From positions 3,267-67,266 of the forward strand of contig DASZFC010000044.1 of the NCBI GenBank assembly GCA_035940195.1: a DNA stretch of 64,000 bases, in the 5' to 3' direction. Under the pieces are notes generated by a model, which saw only the letters and a program-made list of their open reading frames with translations, was not told the origin of the DNA and did no database searches. The stretch's first letter is position 1. Each line of letters starts with the position of its first letter. The translations under genes were made by a program, and so were the position numbers. The DNA comes from Solirubrobacteraceae bacterium. GTDB taxonomy: Bacteria > Actinomycetota > Thermoleophilia > Solirubrobacterales > Solirubrobacteraceae. Shown piece by piece: positions 9,305 to 18,969 of the stretch.

Positions 9305-9913
9305 CTACGTACGGGGGTCGCGCCACATCGGCCACATCCTCGGACCACGGGGAAGGTCGATCTCGCCCGTCACACGGAATCCGTGACGTGCATAGAAGTC
9401 GATGTTGCGCTCCTTCGAGGACTCCAGGTACGCGCCGATCCCATCCGTGTCGCAGCGCTCGAGCACGGGCTGCAGGACAGCCGAGCCGAGGCCCTGACCC
9501 TGGGCGCTTGGATCGGTGCCGAGCACAGCCAGATACCAGTGGGGTTTCTCGCGGGGGTGCCTGCGCTCCATTCCGAGCAGGCCGGTCGCGATCAGGGGCA
9601 TGCGTCCGATCAGGCGAGGGTGAAGCAGACAGCGAGCGAGCTGCATATCCTCCCGCCCGGTGGTCTTCCAGCGCTTTGGTGGCGCCCACAACGCCACGCA
9701 GCTTCGCTCTGCAGTTGTCCACACCTCATCGTGCACGAGCAACTGACGCAGACGCGCGCCATTGAAACGCTCGAGCATCCCCAAGCGCAGCCCATCGGGC
9801 CGGCATGACCACCTCGCCACCGGATCATCCAAGAACGCCCGCGCCAACACCCCCGCCAGCGCAGACGCATCCTGACCAGTAGCCCTAACCGGGATGTGAG
9901 GCTGGATCCCCAT
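9305..9913 (-). CDS. GNAT-family N-acetyltransferase
   Basis: LARAFLDDP..HWYLAVLGTDPSAQGQGLGSA..AYLESS..NIDFYARHGF. Confidence 0.92.
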   Translation of the reverse strand: MGIQPHIPVRATGQDASALAGVLARAFLDDPVARWSCRPDGLRLGMLERFNGARLRQLLVHDEVWTTAERSCVALWAPPKRWKTTGREDMQLARCLLHPRLIGRMPLIATGLLGMERRHPREKPHWYLAVLGTDPSAQGQGLGSAVLQPVLERCDTDGIGAYLESSKERNIDFYARHGFRVTGEIDLPRGPRMWPMWRDPRT

Positions 9914-10056
9914 CGTCCGCAAGCGTAACGAGTGCGCCTTGGAGCGCAGCCCCAACAACAGCTCGCTCTCTCCAAGAGCTCTACACGCGGGCGGGCTGGT
10001 CCCATGTCCGCGCTCCAGCTACGTGCGGTATCGCGCGTCACGCCCAGCGCCTCGCG

Positions 10057-10095
10057 AAAAGCTGAAGAACCGCCCACTTGCAGGCGGTTCTTCAG
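10057..10095 (-). terminator. Intrinsic terminator after tRNA-Ala(CGC)
   Basis: CTGAAGAACCGCC/GGCGGTTCTTCAG 13-bp stem, followed by CTTTT on the minus strand. Confidence 0.8.
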
Positions 10096-10168
10096 TGGAG
10101 CTAGGGGGACTCGAACCCCCGACCTCCTGGGTGCGATCCAGGCGCTCTCCCAACTGAGCTATAGCCCC
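10096..10168 (-). tRNA. tRNA-Ala (anticodon CGC), CCA not encoded
   Basis: GGGGCTATAGCTCAGTTGGGAGAGCGCCTGGATCGCACCCAGGAGGTCGGGGGTTCGAGTCCCCCTAGCTCCA: cloverleaf with G3:U70. Confidence 0.97.
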
Positions 10169-10254
10169 ATTCGCTTGCACCGCGGAGCGGCACGAGGTCT
10201 TGGAAGTGTAGACGCCGGGCCCGGATGGCATGGCGCAGTATGGTTTGCTGGCGC

Positions 10255-10749
10255 ATGGGATTGCTCGACGACGCCATCCGCGAGCACATGGAGCTCAAGC
10301 GCCTCAGTGGCGCCGATCCGAGCGAGGTCGCCCGGCAGGAGCAGGACGCCCTCGGTCCCGTTCTCCGCGAGGAGAACCCCACCTCGCAGGTGGCTGCGGA
10401 GGATGTCGCCGATCCCGAGGGGATCGCACCCAATGATGTAGCGGTGCCTGCAGAGGATCCGCAGGACGCACCTGCCCCGGATTTCGCGAACGTCGGCCAA
10501 GAGACCGCGGAGCTCGACATGCGGACCGTCCTTGATGACGAGGAGAAGCAGGATGGCGAAATCTGGCTAGACGCCGGGAGTCCTGGGAGTCACACCGGCC
10601 CCGCCCAGGCAGCCAGAGAGACGGGCGGCCCTTCCGAGCCGGCCGCGGATGTCCTGGAGGAGACACCGGACTTCCTGCGAGACACGCCCGAGCAGGAGCG
10701 CCTGTGGTTCGAGCAGCAGCCACCCCGCGACTTCGACTTCGACAAGTAG
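10255..10749 (+). CDS. Acidic hypothetical protein
   Basis: MGLLDDAIREHMELKR..DVLEETPDFLRDTPEQERLWFEQQPPRDFDFDK: ordered ends around a disordered acidic middle. TATGGT upstream. Confidence 0.8.
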   Translation: MGLLDDAIREHMELKRLSGADPSEVARQEQDALGPVLREENPTSQVAAEDVADPEGIAPNDVAVPAEDPQDAPAPDFANVGQETAELDMRTVLDDEEKQDGEIWLDAGSPGSHTGPAQAARETGGPSEPAADVLEETPDFLRDTPEQERLWFEQQPPRDFDFDK

Positions 10750-10801
10750 CGGCTAGCTGTCTCGCCGACGGACGTTGTGAACGCGCCTGACCGGCCGGCG
10801 G

Positions 10802-11575
10802 TCAGGCGGCCGGTTGCATCACCGTGAACGAGGCTCCCTGGGGATCGATCAGGCCGGCGAAGCGTCCGATCGGCATGTCCATCGGCTCATTCGTGACGGT
10901 TGCCCCGAGCTCGCGAGCCTTGGCGACGATGCCATCGCAGTCGGCGACCGCGAAGCACACGCCCCAGTGCGGCGGGATCTCGGCTGGAAAATAGTCATCG
11001 GTCATCTGCATCATGCCGCCGACCTGTTTCCCGTCCAGCTCCCAGACCGTGTACGTCTCCGGCGCGCCCTCGAACGCGGGGGGACGCCCCTCCCAGCCGA
11101 AGACTGCCGGGTAGAACGCCTTGCCCGCGTCGGCGTCACGGGTGAGCACCTCGTTCCAGCACAGTGAGTTGGGCTCGTTGACGAGGTCGGCGCCGGTGAA
11201 GCTCTTCGGCTGCCAGACGCCGAACACCGCACCAGTGGGGTCGGCGAAAAGCGCCATCCTTCCGATGTCCATCACATCCATGGGCTCCATCATCACGGTG
11301 CCCCCGGCCGCCTTGACCTTGGCCGCGGTCTCCTCAGCGTCGGCGACGCTCACATACGTCGCCCATGCAGTGGGCTGACCCTCCTGCATGTGACCCATGA
11401 GGCCCGCAATATTCTTGCCGTCCTGCTGGAACATGCGGTACCCGCCGGTCTCCTCAGCCGGTCCGGACTCCGTCGTGCTCCAGCCCATGAGCTGGTCGTA
11501 GAACTCGGCGGCGGCATCGGTGTCTGGTGAGGAAAGTTCGACCCAGGACGGGGTTCCTGGTGCATACTCGGGCAT
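10802..11575 (-). CDS. VOC/glyoxalase-family two-domain protein (Rv0577/CFP32-like)
   Basis: PGTPSWVEL..FYxxLMGW..DPTGAVFGVWQ, with a duplicated domain ending DPQGASF. Confidence 0.93.
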   Translation of the reverse strand: MPEYAPGTPSWVELSSPDTDAAAEFYDQLMGWSTTESGPAEETGGYRMFQQDGKNIAGLMGHMQEGQPTAWATYVSVADAEETAAKVKAAGGTVMMEPMDVMDIGRMALFADPTGAVFGVWQPKSFTGADLVNEPNSLCWNEVLTRDADAGKAFYPAVFGWEGRPPAFEGAPETYTVWELDGKQVGGMMQMTDDYFPAEIPPHWGVCFAVADCDGIVAKARELGATVTNEPMDMPIGRFAGLIDPQGASFTVMQPAA

Positions 11576-11720
11576 GGTTCTCCTTTTGCGGACGAGGACG
11601 ATCACGATCGTGGCACATCGGCCTGGAGAGTGTGTTACCCGATCGGTTAGGCCGGCACACAGCTAGCTGCCTCGAGGACACCGGACTTCCTGCGCAGGCG
11701 TGCGTATATTGAGGACCCTA

Positions 11721-11793
11721 GGGCCCATAGCTCAGCTGGGAGAGCGCCTGCTTTGCAAGCAGGAGGTCGACGGTTCGATCCCGTCTGGGTCCA
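11721..11793 (+). tRNA. tRNA-Ala (anticodon TGC), CCA not encoded
   Basis: GGGCCCATAGCTCAGCTGGGAGAGCGCCTGCTTTGCAAGCAGGAGGTCGACGGTTCGATCCCGTCTGGGTCCA. TATATT -10 at 11705-11710. Confidence 0.97.
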
Positions 11794-11803
11794 TGAGATC
11801 GGC

Positions 11804-12412
11804 TCAATGCGAACCGTCACTGTCGCGAGCCACACTGCCGCCGCTGCGCTCCCACAGCTCCTGCCCTTGTCGCATCACCGCCGGATAGACGATCAGATGC
11901 CGGAAGGGCCTGATCGCGGCCATATAGGCGTTCCCGAAGCGCCCGTTCGTCTTCACCAGGACCGCCATCTGGGCGCGGAAGGAGCCGTCCTGCTCCTCGA
12001 CCGCGCCGATGTGCATCACCCCGTGCATCGTCTCGTTTGCGATCTCTGCGGCGAACTCGTCGTCGCTCAGATAGAGCGGCCTCATCGGGAGCGCAGCAAA
12101 GCCGGGGCCGTTTCCGCCGCGAACCAGATCGGCAGGTAGCCGGTCGCGCAGCGTTGCGACCCTGGCGTCCAAGCCCCTGTCTGGGTCATCCCAGCCGAGC
12201 AGACTCCCGACCTTCCATCGGGTGGCCCAGAGTGCGCTGGCGATGCGGGAGCCCCGCGCCGGGTCGAAGGATGTGATCAGCTGCACGAGCCAGGGGAAGT
12301 CACCAGGCCCGCCTCGCCCCGGTAGCTCCCACACGTCTTCGAGCTTGAAATCAGGCGCGATCTCGTGGATCCGCCAGGGCCGCGACGTGTGCTCTGTATT
12401 CGGGAGCCTCAT
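11804..12412 (-). CDS. DUF2867-family protein
   Basis: MRLPNTEHTSRPWRIHEIAPDFKLEDVW..AEIANETMHGVMHIG..YMAAIRPFRHLIVYP. Confidence 0.82.
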   Translation of the reverse strand: MRLPNTEHTSRPWRIHEIAPDFKLEDVWELPGRGGPGDFPWLVQLITSFDPARGSRIASALWATRWKVGSLLGWDDPDRGLDARVATLRDRLPADLVRGGNGPGFAALPMRPLYLSDDEFAAEIANETMHGVMHIGAVEEQDGSFRAQMAVLVKTNGRFGNAYMAAIRPFRHLIVYPAVMRQGQELWERSGGSVARDSDGSH

Positions 12413-12423
12413 TTCTGGGCCTC

Positions 12424-12463
12424 CATCCATACGGTTGCGTATCTATACGGTAGTGTATGGATG
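12424..12463. promoter_or_regulatory. Tandem TetR operator candidates
   Basis: Two adjacent ATAC-N6-GTAT palindromes (ATACGGTTGCGTAT, ATACGGTAGTGTAT) inside an outer CATCCATAC/GTATGGATG inverted repeat, between divergent DUF2867 and tetR. Confidence 0.7.
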
Positions 12464-12523
12464 CAGTTCAGTCAACCATCTGCAGCGTGCTCAGTTTCGC
12501 ACGCAATGCGATAGAGATAAGCG

Positions 12524-13078
12524 ATGGCGCCCCCGACCCGAACGCCGCGCAACAGGTGGATCGAAGAGGGGCTGCGCGCTCTTGCCGCCGGCGGCCCGGA
12601 GGCCGTCCGGATCGAGTCCCTGGCCCAGGCGCTGGGTGTCAGCAAGGGCGGGTTCTACTGGCACTTCAAAGACCGCCAGGCGCTGCTCGAGGAGATGCTG
12701 GACGTATGGGAGCGCACCTGGGTCGACGAGGTGATCGAGGCCGTGGAGGCCGAGGTGCAGGACGCAAGGTCGAGATTGAGGCGGCTGTTCGCGCTGGCCG
12801 CCGCCTCAGGCAGCGAGCTTGTGAAGATCGAGCTGGCGATCCGCGACTGGGCCCGGCGCGAGAAGGCTGTCGCCAAGCGGCTGAAGCGGGTCGACAACAG
12901 GCGCATGAACTACATGCGCTCCCTGTTCGGAGCTATCTGCGAGGACGCCGATGATGTCGAGGCTCGCTGCCTGCTGACCTTCTCGCTGTTCATCGGCGGC
13001 CCCTTCATCACCGCCGATCACGGCGAGCGCAGCCGGGCGGAGGTGCTGGAGCTGGCCCTGGAGCGGGTCATCCGATAG
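12524..13078 (+). CDS. TetR/AcrR-family regulator
   Basis: VRIESLAQALGVSKGGFYWHFKDR HTH. Confidence 0.95.
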   Translation: MAPPTRTPRNRWIEEGLRALAAGGPEAVRIESLAQALGVSKGGFYWHFKDRQALLEEMLDVWERTWVDEVIEAVEAEVQDARSRLRRLFALAAASGSELVKIELAIRDWARREKAVAKRLKRVDNRRMNYMRSLFGAICEDADDVEARCLLTFSLFIGGPFITADHGERSRAEVLELALERVIR

Positions 13079-13114
13079 GGCGAGCGAGAGTCAGCGCTTC
13101 CTGGCTGGGTGCAG

Positions 13115-13351
13115 TCAGCCGGGGCAGTCGATCCAGCGGTACACCAGCCCGTCACGAACCTCGTGGAAAGAGGGTGGAGCCGGCGGCGGGTCGGCCGAGA
13201 GCCGCGCGATCACCTCGGGCGGACCGTGCAGATCCTCTTCGGCCGCCGTCGTCCAATGGATCTCCGGGTGCAGCAGCAAAGCCAAGTGCTCCCAACGGCA
13301 ACGCTCGATCGCATCGAGCACATCACAGACCGCGGGAACCTGCTCCGCCAT
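13115..13351 (-). CDS. Small hypothetical protein (SnoaL/NTF2-like start)
   Basis: LDAIERCRWEHLALLLHPEIHWT..LHG, 78 aa. Confidence 0.55.
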   Translation of the reverse strand: MAEQVPAVCDVLDAIERCRWEHLALLLHPEIHWTTAAEEDLHGPPEVIARLSADPPPAPPSFHEVRDGLVYRWIDCPG

Positions 13352-13377
13352 GTGCAGAACGTTAGAGCACGGTCTGG

Positions 13378-13402
13378 GTCACAAACGGATGATCTGGTCG
13401 TA
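13378..13402 (+). promoter_or_regulatory. Candidate autoregulatory ECF promoter
   Basis: GTCACA-N15-CGTA just upstream of GTG 13408, leaderless geometry. Confidence 0.35.
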
Positions 13403-13407
13403 TACCC

Positions 13408-13956
13408 GTGTATATGCCGGCCGATGCGAGCGATGAGGAACTGCTGCTCAGTGGCGGCGCGCCGGGGTTTGGGCTGTTGTATGAGCGCCGCTACCCGCTG
13501 ATCCGGGGTTATCTGCGCCGCCGCCTCGGCCCCCACCCGGACCTGGTGCTCGATCTCGTCGCGGAGACCTTCGCGCGTGCTCTGGAGGGCCGCGATCAGT
13601 TCGACCCGGAACGCGGCACCGCCGCCGGGTGGTTGCTGGGGATAGCCCGTCACCTGCTGCTCGACGCGGTCCGCGAGGGTCGCGTCGCCGACTCCTCGCG
13701 CAGGCGCCTTGGCATGGAGCGGATCGTGGTGGAGAGCGAGCAGCTCGAGCTGCTCGAGCGCGAGAGCAGCTCAGAGCTCGAGCGATCTCTGAGTGGGCTT
13801 CCCTCCGGGCAGCGCGAGGCGATCGAAAGGCGAGTGCTCGAGGAGGAGCCATATGCCGCGATCGCCGCTGGAATCGGTTGCTCGGAGCAGGTTGTTCGCA
13901 AGCGTGTATCGCGTGGCCTGGCGGCCCTGAGACGAGGTTGGAGGGAGAGCGCATGA
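13408..13956 (+). CDS. ECF RNA polymerase sigma factor
   Basis: FGLLYER..DLVAETFARA..WLLGIARH (region 2). LPSGQREAI..YAAIAAGIGCSEQVVRKRVSRG (region 4). Confidence 0.93.
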   Translation: MYMPADASDEELLLSGGAPGFGLLYERRYPLIRGYLRRRLGPHPDLVLDLVAETFARALEGRDQFDPERGTAAGWLLGIARHLLLDAVREGRVADSSRRRLGMERIVVESEQLELLERESSSELERSLSGLPSGQREAIERRVLEEEPYAAIAAGIGCSEQVVRKRVSRGLAALRRGWRESA

Positions 13957-15371
13957 GAGACCCGTACGCATCGCTTGGCCGCGAGCTGGCCAAGGCAGCC
14001 CGCAGGCAGGAGGCACAGAGCGCCGCGCCCGGACGCCTGCGCGCGTGGTTCTCGCACCGGCTGAACGCTGCTGTGGCGGCCGCCGTGCTCTTGCTCTCGG
14101 GCAGCGCCGTCGCACTCGCCGCGAGCGGAGTATTGAACGGTGCGCCCGTCAAACCCGAAAAGCCGCCGAGCCCCGTCGCCGGGAATGGCCTGCCGGTCTC
14201 CGGCGCGGCAGGGCGTCTGGTCCTTCGCACCGCCGATCCGGCGGGCGGCCTGCCCTGGGGCATGCGCGTCTTTCACACGACGCGCGGGCTCCTCTGCGTT
14301 CAGGTCGGCCGCGTTCAGGGCGACCAGCTCGGCGAGCTTGGGCTCGACAGCGCCTTCAACGATGACGGGCTCTTTCACGCGCTCGGAACCAACGTGCTGG
14401 GACCCGGTTATGGGGGGGGCTCCGCGAACATCGAATGCGTTACCCCAGGGCAGACACTGATCTTCGAAGACGCGAACGCCGACCGCAGCGCCGAGCGCCT
14501 TCTGCCGGAGGAGTTCCGCGAGCCGCCTGCCGATGCGCGCCACCGCCAGATACCACCGGTGCGTGACCTGCGCGCCCTGTCCTACGGGCTGCTCGGGCCG
14601 CACGCTGTCAGCGTCACCTACCGCACCCCGGCCGGGATGCGAACGGTCCCCGTGCGCGGTTCCGAGGGTGCGTTTCTGCTCGTCGAGCGGGCTGGCTACA
14701 TCAAGAACTCATCCCTCGTCGGGGGATCAATGTCTGGGCAAGCAGAGGGGAGCTCGGTCGATGTGATCCCGGCCCGACCGCCGGCATTCAACGAAGCGCT
14801 GGTGAGCGCTGCCACCTTCCGCTTTGCCGGCAGGCTGTGCTCGCAGGGAACCGGCGCTCCGGTGCGCACTCGCTGCCCGGCGCGGCGCACGTTCACACCG
14901 CGGAGATGGTTTCAGCCGGCCCGCAACCTTCACGCCCCGGTTCACCTAACGCTGCTGCGCCAGTCACCCGCGGCCTGCAAAGCCGCCTTCCTCATAAACC
15001 CTTGCTTCAAGGGGGAGGTCGAGTTCACTGCGCCCTACGCCATTACGGCAGCCGGCAGCGACTACGACATACAGGGTGCCGCGAAATGCAAGACCGGGGG
15101 TCGCCCCGAAACCGGCTGGGCGCTAGAACGCAACGTCAGACGCCACGAAAAGGTCCGGACCGTCTCCCTCGGGCTGTTCGTTTTCACGCCCGCCTGCGCA
15201 ACGCGCGAGTCCTTCACGGTGCGGTATCTCAACAACCAGGGCCCCTCCCGCGGCGCGCCACACGAATCGATCGTGATCGGCACCGTAGCCTTGAGCCAAG
15301 CCAAGCTCCCCGGCGGAACTCGCCCAGCGGGCGTCACAGTTCAGCCAGGAAGCCCAGCAGCGCGGCGTTGA
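13953..15371 (+). CDS. Putative anti-sigma / single-pass membrane partner with Cys-containing extracellular region
   Basis: ATGA overlap with sigma stop. Short cytoplasmic N-terminus, TM AAVAAAVLLLSGSAVALAA, large C-terminal region. Confidence 0.75.
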   Translation: MRDPYASLGRELAKAARRQEAQSAAPGRLRAWFSHRLNAAVAAAVLLLSGSAVALAASGVLNGAPVKPEKPPSPVAGNGLPVSGAAGRLVLRTADPAGGLPWGMRVFHTTRGLLCVQVGRVQGDQLGELGLDSAFNDDGLFHALGTNVLGPGYGGGSANIECVTPGQTLIFEDANADRSAERLLPEEFREPPADARHRQIPPVRDLRALSYGLLGPHAVSVTYRTPAGMRTVPVRGSEGAFLLVERAGYIKNSSLVGGSMSGQAEGSSVDVIPARPPAFNEALVSAATFRFAGRLCSQGTGAPVRTRCPARRTFTPRRWFQPARNLHAPVHLTLLRQSPAACKAAFLINPCFKGEVEFTAPYAITAAGSDYDIQGAAKCKTGGRPETGWALERNVRRHEKVRTVSLGLFVFTPACATRESFTVRYLNNQGPSRGAPHESIVIGTVALSQAKLPGGTRPAGVTVQPGSPAARR

Positions 15372-16224
15372 CGGCCTCCGGCTCCTCCTGCTGGACCCAG
15401 TGCCCGGCGCCGGGCGCCACGATCTCGCCGCGCAGATCGGTCACCCAGCCGTGCATCGCCTCGGCGGGCATGAAGCGCCGTACCGGGTCGCGCTCGCCGG
15501 TGAGGAACAGGGCGGGCTGCTCCACGCGCCGCTCGGCCACGTCTGCCGTGAGCTCCCAGTTGCGGTCGATGTTTCGGTACCAGTTCAGCCCGCCCGTGAA
15601 TCCCGTCCGCTGGAAGGCCTCGACGTACACTCCCAGCTCTTGCTCTGAGAGCCACGGCGGGGGCTGGAGTGGCGCATCGTCCTTCTCGGCCCACTGCGCC
15701 GTCCACTGGCGTTTGGTCGTGAGCGTCCGGCGCACGTCGCGTGCGAGCGCCTCATCGGCCACTCCCGGCTCTTGGAACCACGCCATGTAGAAGTCCTCAC
15801 CGAGGTGCCTGCGCATGATCGGCATCGGCGGTGCCGGCGCGCGCGGCACGAATGGGACACTCAGCCCGGCCACCGCGCGCACGCGCTCTGGATGCAGAAC
15901 GGCGAGCTGCCACGCCAGGTTCGCACCCCAGTCGTGGCCGACAAAGATCGCCTGCCCCTCGCCCAGAGCATCGAGCAGCCCCGTCATGTCGGCGCACAGC
16001 GTCACCACGTCGTAGGCCTCCACCGCCTGCGGGGCCGAGCTGCGCCCGTACCCGCGCATGTCCGGCGCCACCACGCGGAAGCCGGCACCGGCAAGCGCCA
16101 GCAGCTGGTGGCGCCAGGAGAACGCCAGCTCGGGAAAGCCGTGGCAGAGCACGACCAGTGGACCCGAGCCCTCTTCGAGCACGTTCAGCTCGATCCCGTT
16201 CGCCTCGACCTTTCGCTCGCCCAT
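15334..16224 (-). CDS. Epoxide hydrolase-type alpha/beta hydrolase
   Basis: HGFP, GHDWGA nucleophile elbow, GGLNWYRN, GHWVQQE. Confidence 0.93.
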   Translation of the reverse strand: MGERKVEANGIELNVLEEGSGPLVVLCHGFPELAFSWRHQLLALAGAGFRVVAPDMRGYGRSSAPQAVEAYDVVTLCADMTGLLDALGEGQAIFVGHDWGANLAWQLAVLHPERVRAVAGLSVPFVPRAPAPPMPIMRRHLGEDFYMAWFQEPGVADEALARDVRRTLTTKRQWTAQWAEKDDAPLQPPPWLSEQELGVYVEAFQRTGFTGGLNWYRNIDRNWELTADVAERRVEQPALFLTGERDPVRRFMPAEAMHGWVTDLRGEIVAPGAGHWVQQEEPEAVNAALLGFLAEL

Positions 16225-16263
16225 CACACGCATCATCCCAGTGCACCAGTGCCGGCGCCGGCG

Positions 16264-17190
16264 CTAAGCCACGGGCGGCGGCGTCCCTTCAGCGCTCGCG
16301 GCGAGCGCGGGGTCCCAGTCGCACACCAGACAGGCGTGGCTGAATGCCGAGCTGGCAAAGTCGAGCGCGGCGGAATGCGGATCGGGGCTCGCGCGAACGT
16401 CCTCCCAGTCCAAGATGTACTCGCCGAGGTCCCCGTTCCAGTGGGCGGCAGCGGGAGAGAGCGTCGCGCCGGCGAACCCGTCCGGCGCCGGGAATGCGTA
16501 AGCGTAGAACGCCGCCTTGCCGTAACGAGCATCGCCGGGCCACCAGCCGATCTCCACCTGCTGCGCATCCCCGGCGTTGCGCATGATGAAGTCATCAGAC
16601 GGCGGATCGGCGGGCAGGCCGGAGAAGAGGCTCACCGCGAGGTCGAACGAGCCCCACCACGCGTTGACCGGCGTGGAGCGGCCGCGGTAGGGAGCGCGGA
16701 ATGCCGCCAGCACCAGCGCGGCCCGGGTCGCGGCGGCGAAGTAATCGTTGACTTGCTCAGGGTCATAGCGCGCGTGCTCATCGTCCTCATCCAGCGGCAC
16801 ACTCCATGGGACCTCCTGCGGGGTCGGGTCGATCACGACAGCGCCACCGAGGCTGCTCACTGCCTGCAGCAGCTCGCGCGTAACCTCGCCAACGGGCCGG
16901 TCGGGGGTGAGCGCAACCCGTCGCACGCAGCCGTCGTTGTGCTCGGCGACCGCCTCGTGGGTTCGCAGGTCGAGCGCGACGACAAGCGCCCCCGAGCCAT
17001 CGGGTGCCGGCAGCGGCAGTGTTTCCCAGCCGCGCGCGCTCAGCCGCAGCGCGGCGTGCTGGAGCTGCGGCTCGGGCGGCGCTAGCGCAACCGCCAGCTT
17101 GCCGAGCACCTGGGTGTGCGCATGGAGCGTGTCGCACGTCTGCATCCACTGCTCATAGGAAAGCGTGGGCCATACAGAGGACATAGCCAC
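16264..17190 (-). CDS. DUF5996-family protein
   Basis: WPTLSY..TLHAHTQVLGK..TPVNAWWGSFDLAV..GWWPG..AAFYAYAFPAP. Confidence 0.85.
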   Translation of the reverse strand: MAMSSVWPTLSYEQWMQTCDTLHAHTQVLGKLAVALAPPEPQLQHAALRLSARGWETLPLPAPDGSGALVVALDLRTHEAVAEHNDGCVRRVALTPDRPVGEVTRELLQAVSSLGGAVVIDPTPQEVPWSVPLDEDDEHARYDPEQVNDYFAAATRAALVLAAFRAPYRGRSTPVNAWWGSFDLAVSLFSGLPADPPSDDFIMRNAGDAQQVEIGWWPGDARYGKAAFYAYAFPAPDGFAGATLSPAAAHWNGDLGEYILDWEDVRASPDPHSAALDFASSAFSHACLVCDWDPALAASAEGTPPPVA

Positions 17191-17231
17191 ACGCTAGCGG
17201 AGGATCATCGTGAGCAACCGCTTCGGGCCGG

Positions 17232-18083
17232 TCATTCGCTACGCACGAGGTTGACGAGCGTGCCAAGCCCGTCGATCTCGACCTCCACCGTGTCTCCGTC
17301 TTTCAGGAACCGTCCCTGGGCCGCGCCCACGCCCGCGGGCGTGCCGGTGGCGATGATGTCGCCGGGCAGCAGCGTCATCGTGCGTGACAGCCACGCGAGC
17401 ACCTCGGCTGGGCCGAAGATCAAGTTGGCGGTGCTCCCCTGTTGCAGCTGCTCGCCGTTGACTCGGGTGCGCAGTCCCAGGTCTCGCAGGTCCTCGATCT
17501 CATCGAGCGTGACGAGTGCCGGGCCGCAGGGGGCGAAGCTGTCGATCGCCTTGCCGCTCGTCCACAAGGGATTCTGCAGCTGCAGGTCGCGGGCGCTCAC
17601 GTCGTTGAACGGCATCGCCCCGGCGATATGGGCCAACGCGTCCTTTGCGTCTACGTTTCTCGCCGGCCGGCCGATGACCAGCGCGAGCTCGGCCTCGTAG
17701 TCGACGTACTCGGCGTGTGCGCCCGGAAGCACGATGTCCTGACCGCTGCCTACCAGCGAGTTGGCGAACTTGGCGAACCACATCGGGTTAGCCGGAATGT
17801 CCTGGCCCGTCTCTTCGGCGTGGTCGCGGTAGTTCAGACCGAGGCACACGATCTTCTGCGGGTCCGTCACAGGTGCGTGCAGGGTCACGCCGGCGAGCGC
17901 GATGCGCTCATCCTCCTGTTCGGCGCGCATTTGCAGCTCGCGCAGGGCTGCGGCGTCGCACGCCGCCAGCAGCCCTCGCACGGTCGTGGCGGGGGCACCC
18001 AGCGTGGCGACCGGGACCAGATCCTCTCCGAGCAGCACCGCGGCGGCAGGTCCCTCCTCGGTTTGGTAGCTCACGAGACGCAT
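17232..18083 (-). CDS. Fumarylacetoacetate hydrolase-family protein
   Basis: KIVCLGLNYRDH, DYEAELA, NDVSARD, GDIIATGTPAGVG. Confidence 0.95.
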   Translation of the reverse strand: MRLVSYQTEEGPAAAVLLGEDLVPVATLGAPATTVRGLLAACDAAALRELQMRAEQEDERIALAGVTLHAPVTDPQKIVCLGLNYRDHAEETGQDIPANPMWFAKFANSLVGSGQDIVLPGAHAEYVDYEAELALVIGRPARNVDAKDALAHIAGAMPFNDVSARDLQLQNPLWTSGKAIDSFAPCGPALVTLDEIEDLRDLGLRTRVNGEQLQQGSTANLIFGPAEVLAWLSRTMTLLPGDIIATGTPAGVGAAQGRFLKDGDTVEVEIDGLGTLVNLVRSE

Positions 18084-18126
18084 TTGCTGAGCCTACTTGC
18101 CGTGAACCCTGAACTATCATTGCGCC

Positions 18127-18969
18127 GTGTCCGAGCCGGTCGTGTCGGTGACGTTCGACAACCTCGGCGAGGCTGCCCAGCTCGAGCTGGGCATGTGGCC
18201 GGAGGATGTACCTCAGGGGCAGCACTTCACCGTCGTGGACATCCTTCCGCGCCTGCTCGACCTGCTCGCGACCCACCGTATGCAGGCGACATTCTTCGCC
18301 GAGGGCCTGAACGCGGAGATGTATCCGCAGGCGCTGCACACGATCATCGCCGCCGGCCACGAGGTCGCCGTTCATGCATGGCGCCACGAGGAATGGGCAG
18401 CGCTCGACGCCGGCACCGAGGCCTCGCTGCTGGCGCGGGCGACCAACGCGATGCGCTCGATCGGCATAGACCCGAGCGGCTTCCGACCGCCGGGAGGCGG
18501 CTTGACCGAGCGCACGCACGCTCTGCTCAGCGAGCATGGCTACACCTACGTCTCGCCTGCGGGCGAGCGGGAGGGCGTGCTGGATGGTTTGGCCATCCTG
18601 CCATTTCGCTGGCCGCTGGTGGATGCCTATTCCTACTTGCCTACGTTCGCTGGCCTGCGCGAACGCTATGGCGGCGGACCCGATCCCCATACGCCGGTCC
18701 AGATGCGGGAGGCGATGATCGCCGCGCTGAGGAGCCACGCAGAGCATGACGGGCACCTGACATTGCTCTTCCATCCGTTCTCCGCCGCCTTCACCGGCGA
18801 TCCCGGCTGGGAAGCCCTCGAGAATGTGCTTAGTGAGATGGTGCGGCTCGCACAAGCCGGTAGCGTCACGACGATGCGCATGGACGAGGCTGCCACCTGG
18901 ATGCTCGAGCGCCCCGCGAAGCTCAGCCATCCGCCAGAACTCGACGAGGCCACCTGGATGACACCGTGA
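18127..18969 (+). CDS. Polysaccharide deacetylase (CE4/NodB) family
   Basis: VTFD, ATFF, HEVAVHAWRH, GFRPP, LLFHP. Confidence 0.88.
   Translation: MSEPVVSVTFDNLGEAAQLELGMWPEDVPQGQHFTVVDILPRLLDLLATHRMQATFFAEGLNAEMYPQALHTIIAAGHEVAVHAWRHEEWAALDAGTEASLLARATNAMRSIGIDPSGFRPPGGGLTERTHALLSEHGYTYVSPAGEREGVLDGLAILPFRWPLVDAYSYLPTFAGLRERYGGGPDPHTPVQMREAMIAALRSHAEHDGHLTLLFHPFSAAFTGDPGWEALENVLSEMVRLAQAGSVTTMRMDEAATWMLERPAKLSHPPELDEATWMTP

Noticed and set aside
5900-10168. Genomic island integrated at tRNA-Ala(CGC) carrying the repeat gene
   Set aside because: No integrase and no duplicated tRNA 3' end (att) seen by eye. The tRNA has its own terminator.
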